A stretch of DNA of 47,772 bases from Candidatus Staskawiczbacteria bacterium (GCA_049513595.1 JBEKVX010000002.1:1-47772); one strand, 5' to 3'; counted from the stretch's first letter, positions 8,901-16,736 are shown. The notes: generated by a model from the sequence alone, not told the origin. Numbers and translations: made by a program.

Positions 8901-10495
8901 GCTTGAACAGTTATTACAGCAGGAGCATCTACTGTTATATTAGTTGCTGGCAGAATAACAAATTTTACTGCAACTGGATTGACAATAACAGAGTCCGTTC
9001 CATCTGCAATGCCAGTGGCTCCATCGGGAGCTGAAGAATTGTCAGAAGCAGTTATTGTATAAGTTCCCGGCGTCTCGTCGTAATACCAAAAATTAGCCGA
9101 AGAATGCCCCGATGTAATGCCAATTGAAGTGATAATATTTCCGCTGGTTGCTGCATCATAAAACTTTTTACTGGAACTTGTTGATGATGTGTATAAATAT
9201 ACAGTGCTTGACCCGGAAGTGACTAAATTTCCAAATTGGTCTTTTCTGGTAACGGTATAGCCCAATCGTGTCTTTGCATACATATCCCCTGGATTGTTTA
9301 AAGAAAATTGTTTAACAACTCCAGCAGAAAACACAACATCTTGAGTGGAGCTTACATTTAATCCCGTACCCTGAGTATCAGACAAAGATAAATTAACTGT
9401 TTCGGCTACCGTGTCAGAAATATTTTTAGTGCCAACTCCGTTTATAATATCAACCAATCCTGCGCCAGTAGCAGAACCTGAAGCAACAAGGGTTACGTCT
9501 TGCTGATAACTGGTGTCAATTGAATTGTCGGTTCTTTGGGCTTGGACTGTAACAGTAATCGGAGCGTCAACCGTGCCATCTGTCGGATTTATAATTACAA
9601 ATTTACTTATCGCAGGATTGACCGTCAAAACCTGGGCATTGGATGTTCCTCCGCCAGGAGTCGGGTTAGTTACAGTGATGTTAAATGTTCCTGCAGTTGT
9701 TAAGTCAGAAGTTAAGATGGCTGCTGTCACCTGGGTTGAGGAAACATAAGTTGTTGCGCGCGCCGAGCCGGCAAAGTTGACAACAGAAGAGGAAATAAAG
9801 TTGGTGCCATTGACCGTGAGGGTGAAGCCCGAGTCGCCTGCTGTTTTGCTGGTTGGAGAAATGCTGGTTGTGGTCGGCAATGGGTTGTTTAAAGTATAAG
9901 TAACAGTAATAGTCACGTCATAGACGCTAACAACTTCTCCTGGCTGTCCAGTTCCATTTTTTGTATATTGTAAAATTACTCCAAAATTACTATTGCTTGC
10001 AATATCGGTCTGGGCTAAACCCGCGCTCCATGTGTCCGCAGCGCCGCCATAGGTCTGAACTTGATGCCCATGAGTGCCTGATGCAGCTTTATTACTGCCA
10101 ATCAAGGTGGACCCGTCTTTGGTCAATTGAACCAGATTATCTATAGTTTTATTATTGCTGCTGCCCCAATCAACAGCCACACTTATGCCATTGATTGTTG
10201 CTCCAGCTGGAATATCCGAACTTGTAAAACCAAAATTCGTCAGTGCAAGTTTAGTTGATGTGTTTCCGTTGCTAGGCAACGCCGCAGTAGCCGCATCAGA
10301 TGTGTTGCTTCCGGCAGCACGGCTTGGATTTGTCCAGGTGGCTGTTCCACCCCCTTTGTCTGTTGCTGTCCCGGCATATTTTGCAGAAGTGCTGGCAGCT
10401 TCTATATTTAATATTGGCAAAACAAAAAAAGCGAGCGCAAAAATACTCGCTATTAAAAACGGCGCGCAGCGTTTTTTATTTAAATGTTTTTCCAT
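5930..10495 (-). CDS. Giant secreted repeat (adhesin-like) protein with a C-terminal dockerin
   Basis: 1521-aa ORF with a signal/TM helix, an IPT/TIG-like module, and alternating Big-like (about 95 aa) and about 115-aa modules. The C-terminus carries two dockerin Ca-loops, DFNNDGKIDISD and DLNGDGKVDASD. Confidence 0.85.
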   Translation of the reverse strand: MEKHLNKKRCAPFLIASIFALAFFVLPILNIEAASTSAKYAGTATDKGGGTATWTNPSRAAGSNTSDAATAALPSNGNTSTKLALTNFGFTSSDIPAGATINGISVAVDWGSSNNKTIDNLVQLTKDGSTLIGSNKAASGTHGHQVQTYGGAADTWSAGLAQTDIASNSNFGVILQYTKNGTGQPGEVVSVYDVTITVTYTLNNPLPTTTSISPTSKTAGDSGFTLTVNGTNFISSSVVNFAGSARATTYVSSTQVTAAILTSDLTTAGTFNITVTNPTPGGGTSNAQVLTVNPAISKFVIINPTDGTVDAPITVTVQAQRTDNSIDTSYQQDVTLVASGSATGAGLVDIINGVGTKNISDTVAETVNLSLSDTQGTGLNVSSTQDVVFSAGVVKQFSLNNPGDMYAKTRLGYTVTRKDQFGNLVTSGSSTVYLYTSSTSSSKKFYDAATSGNIITSIGITSGHSSANFWYYDETPGTYTITASDNSSAPDGATGIADGTDSVIVNPVAVKFVILPATNITVDAPAVITVQAQKPDNSVDTNYQNDVTLNTTGAATGGGLVNIINGVGTKNISDTVAETITLSLTDSQTTGLDVSSTQPVVFAGGATARFVLSHPVTLAAGSRAQYTVIRKDQYNNLTTAGATTVYFYSTSSGANKKFYDAATSGNIITSIIIADGQSAANFWYYDEAPGTYSITASDNPSAPGGINGITDGVDSLAVTAGPVAKFILNNPGDMTAATRLGYTVSRRDQFNNLVTSGDSVVYLYSNSPGPLAFYDASINGNVILSITIANGNSSANFWYYDETPGTYTITASDNSAAPGGINGITDGTDAVVVNAAPIVATRYVILNPGNGTVDAPVSVTIQAQDANGNVDATIQTGVTLNTSSGTGGGLVPIANGVGTMNIRDTAAETVNLSLTDSQTTNLNVSSTASIIFSTGAVAQFAINNPGDMSAGTRLGYTVTRKDQFGNLVTGGATTVYLYGLPSAITKKFYDSASSGSVITFVNITDGNSSAQFWYYDEKAETASVVVSDNSTAPDGPAGIADISDSVTVSAGPVAKFILNNPGDMTASTRLEYTVSRQDQFGNPVTAGVTLVYLYTSSTGANAKFYDSATGGLAVTSIPVDDGHSSANFWYYDETPGTWIITVSDSTPTPNGNAGVADDADSVTVSTIPIVATRFVILSPDASQIGVPASVVVQAEDANSNIDTTYQTGVTLNTSGTATGAGLVNIINGVGTIQINDATAEIVLLSLSDTQTTGLDVSSAAQINFSASPPVFIGGMSGGYAPPVGGVSFSGRAYPGANLSIAAVTATENVIKQGAASSSDGSFKITFTGLSVGARAFALLVQDKDGRIAQSKVYDLNLLNADSVLEVNNIIVSPTIGFPRPTITKGDFLAVVGYAAPSSKLLIEVDGQLIAADITAGTDGSYKYLYNTALLDIGSHTIRARQVTFDGVQSEFSPQKVFFTTNLLVPKTDFNNDGKIDISDWSIFLAHWLSTDPATRLLDDLNGDGKVDASDFSIFIRTLRIQ
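6700..9620 (-). repeat. Intragenic tandem module repeats (super-repeat of about 985-993 nt)
   Basis: The 35-nt string gttcccggcgtctcgtcataataccaaaagttggc occurs identically at 7086-7120 and 8079-8113. A copy with 3 mismatches lies at 9063-9097. Protein modules recur (PGTYTITASDNS..., ATR(F/Y)VIL.P...). Confidence 0.85.
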
Positions 10496-10500
10496 AGAAG

Positions 10501-10908
10501 TTATTTTTCTGATTTTTTAGGACTGCCCTTGGCCGTTTTTCTGCCCTCAAGATAATCTTTAACTTTTTCAATTACTTCTTCAATCGGATGCTGGGATTTT
10601 ACAAAATAGTCATCAGCGCCCAGCTCCATTGCCCGTTTGATTGCCGTATCTTCTCCAAGATTTGACAGAACAATTACTGGAATTAATTTCCATTTGGGAT
10701 TTTTTTTCAATTCCTCTAACACATAAAAGCCGTCCTTTTTGGGCATTAAAAGGTCAAGCAAAATAATGTCTGGCTTCTTTTTTCCTACTTTTTCAATCGC
10801 CTCCTCGCCATCTTTGGCAACATCAACCGTGCAGCCATCTGCGGTTAAATTATCTTTAAGCGCCTGAACTAAAAAATCTTCGTCTTCGGCAATTAATATA
10901 TTATTCAT
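10501..10908 (-). CDS. Stand-alone response-regulator receiver (no output domain)
   Basis: NILIAEDEDF...DIILLDLLMPKKDG...PVIVLSNL...GADDYFVK. 135 aa with a short basic tail. Confidence 0.9.
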   Translation of the reverse strand: MNNILIAEDEDFLVQALKDNLTADGCTVDVAKDGEEAIEKVGKKKPDIILLDLLMPKKDGFYVLEELKKNPKWKLIPVIVLSNLGEDTAIKRAMELGADDYFVKSQHPIEEVIEKVKDYLEGRKTAKGSPKKSEK

Positions 10909-10937
10909 CTTTTGTTTTATTAATTTTAATTATTTTA

Positions 10938-12884
10938 TTATATTATTTTATCATTAACTTTTGGCAGACGCAAGTAGAAGGTTGTCCCTTTATTTTCTTT
11001 TGATTCAAATGAAATTTTTCCGCCAATCTTTTCAGCCAGCATCTTTGCAATGCTAAGGCCCAGTCCAGAACCTCCGGGTTTAAACGCTTTGGCATTTGAG
11101 GCGCGATAAAATCGTTCAAACAATTTTTTCTGTTCTTCTTCGGGAACGCCTATGCCGTTGTCTTTTACAGAAAATACTACGGCGGCTTTTTCTTCCTGCA
11201 CATCCAAAATAACTTCCTGTCCCGGATTAGAATAATTAATGGCGTTTGAAATAAAACATTCAAGAATGCTTTTAACAATCTCTTGATTTGTTTGGAATGC
11301 AACGTCTTTGTGATTTTTAAGATTACTCTGCAAAATAATTTTCCTGCTCTTTGCCGCAGCCATCATTGAGACAGAAATATCTTTATAAAGATTTGAAATG
11401 AAAACTGTTTCTTTTTTTATGGGACCTGATTCGCTCTCAAGGCGCAAGACACCCAGCATTTCAGAAACAAGCTGGATCATTCGTTCATTCACCTGATAAA
11501 TCTGGTCAAGATATTTTTTTTGTTTCGGATTAACCGCGCCGAGTATCTTTCTTTGAATAGTTTCAATAAGCCACTTAGTCCCAGAAAGAGGAGTCCTTAA
11601 TTGATGAGAGGCAAGGGACAAGAAGTCCGTTCGCAATTTTTCCTGTTCTTTTTCTTTGGTCATATCTCGAAAAATATCAACAGCTCCAATGATTTTATTT
11701 TCTATTACCACCGGAGTAACAGTTATAGCGACTGGAAATGCGGCTCCATTTTTTCTGGTGTAAAAGTAAGACGGACCGGCAGTAGTAGTAGTAGTTTTAC
11801 CTTTAAGAGCAACGGCTATCGGGCGTTTTTCTTCCGGCACCGGATTTCCTTTCTCATCCAATACTTTCCATGCATTAACAAGCAATTTACCAACCACTTG
11901 CTTGGCGCTCAAGCCCAACATTTGTTCTGCCGCATGATTCATAAGTATAATTTTCCCATCTTTATCAACTGCAGCCACGCCTTCGCCAATGCTCTGCAAC
12001 AATGCTTCATCTTTGGCATTAGTATCGGCAAGCGCTTCTTTCTCAACCCGAAGGTCCTCAAGAACATTTTGGACAGCTATCTTCTCATTTTCTAAATCCT
12101 GTGTCCGGTCACGCACCTTTTCCTCCAGCCCCGCATAAGATTCTTTTAATTTTTGTGTTGTACTTTTCAGCTCGGTAATATCTCTTGCCGCGGCGAAGAC
12201 ACCAAGAATTTTTCCTCTATCGTCTTTGTAGACCGCAGCATTGTAAAGAACATCTGTTAGTTTGCCGTCCTTACGTTTAATGGTTAATGGATAATTTGAA
12301 ACAAATCCTTTGGTAAATACCTGCTGGTAACCTTCCCTCGCTTTTTCCGGTTCTGTGAAGTAATTTGAAAAGTCGGTTCCTATGAGTTTTTCTTTAATTA
12401 TGCCTCTGATTTTTGCGGCAGCTTCGTTGGCGTCAGTAATTTTGCCCTCTTGGCTGATGGTTACAAGCGGGTCGAGCGATGCCTCTATGAGAGAACGGTT
12501 GTAGATAGCAGATAAACGGAGTTTTTTTATCTGTTTTTCATTCCTTCGGCGGTAAAGCTCAGCCACCACGCTTATTAATATGCCCATAATAATAAACAGC
12601 GCCATCCCTATAGCATCGGCCGAATTCTGGAATGTAAATATCCCTCGCGGCGGCAAAAACCAATAATCAACAATAAGCGCGGAAGTCACGGTAGTTAATA
12701 TGCCCGGCCCTAACCCCCCGAACATTGCCGCGAACATTATAAGGGGATAGAAAGTAATGTAAGTAGCCAAGTCCGGTCCCGTAAAGTGTGTAATTGCTAC
12801 ACGCAAAAAAAATCCTATGCCAGTCGCCACCAGCGCAAATCCGTAGGATATGAAGCGACTCCTTAATTTTACGACATTCGACAT
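10938..12884 (-). CDS. Sensor histidine kinase (DUF4118-like TM region, PAS segments, HisKA, HATPase_c)
   Basis: H-box LASHQLRTPLS, N-box NAINYS, G1 DNGIGV, G2 GGSGLGLSI. The N-terminal 4-TM block resembles the KdpD membrane domain. Confidence 0.9.
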   Translation of the reverse strand: MSNVVKLRSRFISYGFALVATGIGFFLRVAITHFTGPDLATYITFYPLIMFAAMFGGLGPGILTTVTSALIVDYWFLPPRGIFTFQNSADAIGMALFIIMGILISVVAELYRRRNEKQIKKLRLSAIYNRSLIEASLDPLVTISQEGKITDANEAAAKIRGIIKEKLIGTDFSNYFTEPEKAREGYQQVFTKGFVSNYPLTIKRKDGKLTDVLYNAAVYKDDRGKILGVFAAARDITELKSTTQKLKESYAGLEEKVRDRTQDLENEKIAVQNVLEDLRVEKEALADTNAKDEALLQSIGEGVAAVDKDGKIILMNHAAEQMLGLSAKQVVGKLLVNAWKVLDEKGNPVPEEKRPIAVALKGKTTTTTAGPSYFYTRKNGAAFPVAITVTPVVIENKIIGAVDIFRDMTKEKEQEKLRTDFLSLASHQLRTPLSGTKWLIETIQRKILGAVNPKQKKYLDQIYQVNERMIQLVSEMLGVLRLESESGPIKKETVFISNLYKDISVSMMAAAKSRKIILQSNLKNHKDVAFQTNQEIVKSILECFISNAINYSNPGQEVILDVQEEKAAVVFSVKDNGIGVPEEEQKKLFERFYRASNAKAFKPGGSGLGLSIAKMLAEKIGGKISFESKENKGTTFYLRLPKVNDKII

Positions 12885-12888
12885 AAAA

Positions 12889-13455
12889 TTATTTTTTCTT
12901 CAACTCTTCTATTTCTTTTTTGAGTTCCACCATTTTTAATTCTCTTCCAACCATGGTCTTATTCAGCGCTTCCAATTCTTTTATTCGCTCGCTAAGCTCT
13001 TTTGTCTGTTCTTCAACCTTAAGCGCAAGCATTTTCTCGTGCTCGGCTACTTTTTCCTCAAGCTCCTTTCTGACAGTTGCATCTTCTATGGACAGGATAA
13101 TCAACTGCACCGTATCTATCTGCCTGGCATTAAGCAGCATGGTTTTTTTGCCGATTGTTTCAAAAACGTGCGTAACCTCAAAATCTTTGACAACTTTTTT
13201 ATTAGGCAAAATATCTTCCAGCAATTTTCTAAGCTCAGGGATATTCCACTGGCCGTTTCCTAATTCATAAAGCAATACATTTTCTGTTTGTTTTGGCAAA
13301 ACCTGAAAGTTATTATAAAAAACTTCGTTTGCCGAAATTACCCGGAAATCGCGGTCAAGGATTAAAAATGACTCTCTGGAAACCTCTACCAGCGTTTTCA
13401 TATAATGCAGAGCTGCTTCCCTATCGTCTTTTGCTGCGGATTTATTATTTTCCAT
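12889..13455 (-). CDS. PAS-domain protein with a C-terminal coiled coil
   Basis: LGNGQWNIPELRKLLEDILP...FEVTHVF..IGKKTMLLNARQI is a PAS fold pattern common in CheR/HK-linked sensors. The tail MVGRELKMVELKKEIEELKK is a coiled coil. Stop lies 4 nt before the kinase start. Confidence 0.6.
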   Translation of the reverse strand: MENNKSAAKDDREAALHYMKTLVEVSRESFLILDRDFRVISANEVFYNNFQVLPKQTENVLLYELGNGQWNIPELRKLLEDILPNKKVVKDFEVTHVFETIGKKTMLLNARQIDTVQLIILSIEDATVRKELEEKVAEHEKMLALKVEEQTKELSERIKELEALNKTMVGRELKMVELKKEIEELKKK

Positions 13456-13574
13456 TTTTTATATTTAAGATTGATAATTTATGATTGATGATTTAAATCT
13501 GCAATCTTAAATCTAAAATCTTAATTTTTTAATCTTTTTATTTATTATATCATAAAATTAAAAATGCAAACAAG

Positions 13575-13600
13575 AAATCGCCTAAACGGCGATTTTAAAA
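13575..13600. terminator. Hairpin terminator
   Basis: aaatcgcc-taaac-ggcgatttt, downstream of the 13634 gene on the minus strand. Confidence 0.6.
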
Positions 13601-13633
13601 AATGCGCGGGACAGTGAATATAGTTTTTTCCAC

Positions 13634-13972
13634 CTATTTAAAAAAGGGTATTGCTGCTATTATTATTTGGATAAGACCAACTGTCAGCATTGCGATGGTC
13701 AGCCAAGTCATCCATCTCACGGATGTTTCGTTGCTTTTTCTAAGCTCGTCTGCTGCCCTCTTCGTTGCTTCCGCCAAGACCTCGGCGTCTGCTTTTGTTG
13801 TTTTGGCCAATAAATCAGCATCTGCTTTTGTTGTTTTAGCCAGCAATGCATCGGCCGCTTTAAGATCTTTGGTTCCATCTAACTCAACCAAACCAGTCGC
13901 CACCAGCAACTCGTTGCCTTCAAGCAATTTTTTTGCCTCTATATATTTTTTGAGTATTTCTTCAAGTTCCAT
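13634..13972 (-). CDS. Small tail-anchored protein with an internal tandem repeat
   Basis: 112 aa. Duplicated LLAKTTKADA(D/E) unit and a C-terminal TM (WLTIAMLTVGLIQIIIAAIPFF). Confidence 0.5.
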   Translation of the reverse strand: MELEEILKKYIEAKKLLEGNELLVATGLVELDGTKDLKAADALLAKTTKADADLLAKTTKADAEVLAEATKRAADELRKSNETSVRWMTWLTIAMLTVGLIQIIIAAIPFFK

Positions 13973-13986
13973 GATTATAAAAACTA

Positions 13987-14127
13987 TTTAAAACAAAAGC
14001 TTTAAAATAATAACAACGACCGCGATAACAAGCAATATATGGATAAGACCACCGCCCAGCTTGAAGCCAAAACCAAGGAGCCAGAGGATTACTAAAATTA
14101 CAACTATTGTCCAAAGTATGTCTAACA
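13987..14127 (-). CDS. lmo0937-family small membrane protein (46 aa)
   Basis: Hand translation MLDILWTIVVILVILWLLGFGFKLGGGLIHILLVIAVVVIILKLLF* matches the widespread lmo0937-type peptide (from memory). The track instead lists an overlapping 62-aa ORF in another frame. Confidence 0.6.
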
Positions 14128-14185
14128 TATTTTTTATTTAATAGTATCAACTAATTTAATTATACGCTTCTTGCAAAACAACGCA

Positions 14186-14217
14186 ATAAAAAAGAGGGCT
14201 CCATCACCAGAGACCTC
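14186..14217 (-). terminator. trpS terminator
   Basis: gagggctc-catcacca-gagacctc (8-bp stem, one mismatch), followed on the minus strand by TTTTTTATT. Confidence 0.6.
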
Positions 14218-14253
14218 GGGTATTTTTTTCTCAATAATCGTAAGTTTTTCCGC

Positions 14254-15255
14254 TTAACGATTAAAAAGGACAATCCCCATCTTATCGCGGACCTTTGCAA
14301 CGGTTTCCGCGATTATAGCGCGCGCTTTTTTGGCGCCGTCATCAAGAACATCCCGGATGTATCCAGTTTGGCTTGCTAACTGCGCGCGTTTTTCTTGAAA
14401 AGGGCCTAGCAGGTCTGCGATACCATCGACAAGTTTGTGCTTGCACTGAACGCAACCAATCTTAGCATGCATGCATGCGCTGGCTATTGCCCTGGTTTCT
14501 GTTTCTCCGGCGGTCACAATTTCATGCACGGGATAGACGGACTTGCAGCGACTGTAAGGATCGCCCGGGTCTGTACTGCGCTTGCGCTGTTCATCGGTGA
14601 TTCCCTTTGCAAGGTACCGCTTGCGGATTTCGTCGATGGGCATGTTGATGTCAATCGCATTGTCGGATTCTGACTTACCCATCTTTTCACCGTCGAGCCC
14701 CGGAATCTTTATCATTTGAGTCATCATCTGGGGCACCATAAAGGTCTCGCCGAAACGGCTGTTAAACTTCCTTGCCAGCGCCTGCGCCATCTCAACATTG
14801 GGCACCTGGTCTGTACCGACGGGAACCAAGGTTGCCCTGGGGCCTAAAATGTCGGCCGCCATCAGAACTGGATAAGTGAGTAATCCCAAGTTGATGTTGT
14901 CGGGATTCTTGCGCACCAGGTCTTTGTAAGTCGGGACTCTCATTAGGTCTCCGACCGGCTGAATCATGCTCAAGTAGAGACAAAGTTCAGCAATATCGGG
15001 AACGCTGGACTGCGCATAGATAATCGACTTCTCAGGATCCAGCCCGGCAGCGATGTAATCCTTCACAATCTCTATTAGGTTGTTGCGGAGTTCCCGGGGA
15101 TCTTGAAGCGTGGTAAGCGTATGCCAGTCAGCGATGAAGTAAAGACATGTGTTGCCCGGCTGCTGAAACTTTACGAAGTTGAGCACCGCTCCAAGAAAAT
15201 TGCCGAAATGCAACCTTCCTGTAGCGCGTATTCCAGAAAGAACGACTTCTGACAT
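14254..15255 (-). CDS. trpS: Tryptophan--tRNA ligase
   Basis: Class I motifs GRLHFGNFLG (HIGH-type) and KMGKS (KMSKS). Start set at ATG 15255 (MSEVVLSG...), 7 nt after GGAGG; the track start at 15297 adds 14 aa. GC-rich relative to flanks. Confidence 0.9.
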   Translation of the reverse strand: MSEVVLSGIRATGRLHFGNFLGAVLNFVKFQQPGNTCLYFIADWHTLTTLQDPRELRNNLIEIVKDYIAAGLDPEKSIIYAQSSVPDIAELCLYLSMIQPVGDLMRVPTYKDLVRKNPDNINLGLLTYPVLMAADILGPRATLVPVGTDQVPNVEMAQALARKFNSRFGETFMVPQMMTQMIKIPGLDGEKMGKSESDNAIDINMPIDEIRKRYLAKGITDEQRKRSTDPGDPYSRCKSVYPVHEIVTAGETETRAIASACMHAKIGCVQCKHKLVDGIADLLGPFQEKRAQLASQTGYIRDVLDDGAKKARAIIAETVAKVRDKMGIVLFNR

Positions 15256-15347
15256 AGTATCGCCTCCGCTAAGGTAGAATGACAATGTACCTGACACACT
15301 AATAGATTACCAATAAAATATATTTACGTCAATATTGACTTTTAGTA

Positions 15348-15375
15348 TTGACTTTATGGTAATAAGTTTTAGTAT
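15348..15375 (+). promoter_or_regulatory. Candidate sigma-70 promoter for the CM::MTase gene
   Basis: TTGACT (15348-15353), a 16-nt spacer, then TAGTAT (15370-15375). A second TTGACT lies 13 nt upstream. Confidence 0.45.
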
Positions 15376-15381
15376 CAATAT

Positions 15382-15405
15382 AGTTGTGTTCGTGAGTTGT
15401 GTTCG
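15382..15405 (+). repeat. Tandem direct repeat in a 5' leader
   Basis: agttgtgttcg at 15382-15392 and again at 15395-15405 (period 13 nt). Confidence 0.9.
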
Positions 15406-15451
15406 AGAACCTTGAAACTTCTAAGGGCAAGAGACACTAAGGAGATATCCG

Positions 15452-16672
15452 ATGTCCACAATCGCGGCTAATGCGAATCCGAGGTTAGATGCGTTGAGAA
15501 TTGACCTTGACAAAACAGACCGGCACATCGTCGGCCTAATGTCAAAAAGGCTCGGCCTGGTCCGCAAGATTGAAGCCGTAAAGTTTGCTAACGGTGAACC
15601 CGTCCTGGTGGAGAAAACCGAACAAGAAAAGTTGGACCGGCTGGCTGCATTCGCAAATGAAAAAGGTCTAAGCATTCCTTTCGTAAGAGGCCTTTTTTAC
15701 AGCTTGTTCTCAGAATCCTGCCGGACCCAGACAAAGCAAAGAGACCAAAGGGACGAGCAGGCATCTGCGGCTGAAGACGAAGAGACGAGATATAAAAGAT
15801 TGAAACAAAATCTTTTAGATCTCACTGAGTTGCTTGTGCCCGAATACAAAGGCACTTACAAACTTTCCTCTTTCGGGACAATTTCGTACTTGGACTTTGA
15901 GCTCGACGCCATAAAGACCCAGGTCAGCACGCTAGCATCTATGGGAAACACCAAGCTGGCAATCGATTTGGGATGTGGCGTCGGAATCGTATCCCTGAGC
16001 GAACATGTAACCCCGTTTTTCGAGCAGGTTAGAGGGTTTGACATCAGCCCCCACATGATAGGCCAGGCGCTCTGGATCAGGAATCTTACTCAAGGAGACG
16101 CCATGCGCGCGTCCTTTGAAGTTCTTGACATCGAGAAAAGATTGCCGCTGGAAGATGGCTCTGTTTCTTTCGTGGCAATGACGCTAGGAACAGCCAGCGA
16201 CGTCAAGAACATCCGAAAGGTTTTGGCATCAATAAGGAGGGTGCTGAATAAGGACGGCCGGTTTGTTCTTTCTTTCTACAACAGTGCTGCGCTGTTTTAC
16301 CGCTGGTCTCTGCCATGGGAAGTCAATCTGATGGCGGAGATAAATCCAACAGACCACTGCCTGGATGTCCACGTTGGAGGCAGGGTCTTCCAACTTTATG
16401 CCAGGCCATACACTGTCAGAGAGGTCAAAAAACTTCTGGCAGACGCGCAACTGCATGTTTCATCCGTCTCTACGTATCCTGCTTTAGCCGCCATCATGCC
16501 AAACGAATTGTTCTATGGCGTAGATGAGGCTCAAAGAGCGTCGCATCGCAAGGAAGTTCAAGCGGCTCTGCTGCAGGAACAAGAAACGAAAAGAACAATC
16601 CAGCGGATTGACAAGGGGCTGGCCGGTTCGGACATGGGCGCGTATATTCTAGTTACGGGCAGGAAAACTTGA
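15452..16672 (+). CDS. Chorismate mutase (AroQ-like) fused to a class I SAM-dependent methyltransferase-fold domain
   Basis: N-terminus LRIDLDKTDRHIVGLMSKRLGLVRKIEAVK... is the CM_2 helix pattern. C-terminus has motif I AIDLGCGVG and FDISPHM. SD AAGGAG lies 7 nt upstream. Confidence 0.75.
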   Translation: MSTIAANANPRLDALRIDLDKTDRHIVGLMSKRLGLVRKIEAVKFANGEPVLVEKTEQEKLDRLAAFANEKGLSIPFVRGLFYSLFSESCRTQTKQRDQRDEQASAAEDEETRYKRLKQNLLDLTELLVPEYKGTYKLSSFGTISYLDFELDAIKTQVSTLASMGNTKLAIDLGCGVGIVSLSEHVTPFFEQVRGFDISPHMIGQALWIRNLTQGDAMRASFEVLDIEKRLPLEDGSVSFVAMTLGTASDVKNIRKVLASIRRVLNKDGRFVLSFYNSAALFYRWSLPWEVNLMAEINPTDHCLDVHVGGRVFQLYARPYTVREVKKLLADAQLHVSSVSTYPALAAIMPNELFYGVDEAQRASHRKEVQAALLQEQETKRTIQRIDKGLAGSDMGAYILVTGRKT

Positions 16673-16696
16673 CAGCGAGCCCTGTTCTGGTAAGAT
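16669..16696 (+). promoter_or_regulatory. Candidate promoter for tRNA-Trp
   Basis: TTGACA (16669-16674, overlapping the TGA stop), a 16-nt spacer, then TAAGAT (16691-16696). Confidence 0.45.
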
Positions 16697-16736
16697 AGTA
16701 TTGTAGTTCCTTTTCCCTTCTGCAACGCAGGAAGGA

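Noticed and set aside
5994-10520. Numerous plus-strand ORFs (60-121 aa) listed inside the 1521-aa gene, and similar antisense ORFs inside most long minus-strand genes
   Set aside because: They lie wholly antisense to long ORFs with clear domain content, and have no start signals or recognisable motifs. They are treated as shadow ORFs.
13962-14150. 62-aa minus-strand ORF from the track
   Set aside because: A different frame of the same stretch encodes a 46-aa peptide matching the lmo0937 membrane-protein family (13987-14127). The 62-aa translation has no features and would overlap the upstream gene start.
15370-15450. TRAP-type (G/U)AG triplet array in the CM::MTase leader
   Set aside because: TAG/GAG triplets are present but spaced 8-25 nt apart, not the 2-3 nt spacing required for TRAP binding.
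15256-15451. Expected a T-box or other leader upstream of trpS
   Set aside because: Only about 150 nt are available, with no GGUGGNACCGCG core and no terminator/antiterminator pair. It looks like a plain divergent promoter region.
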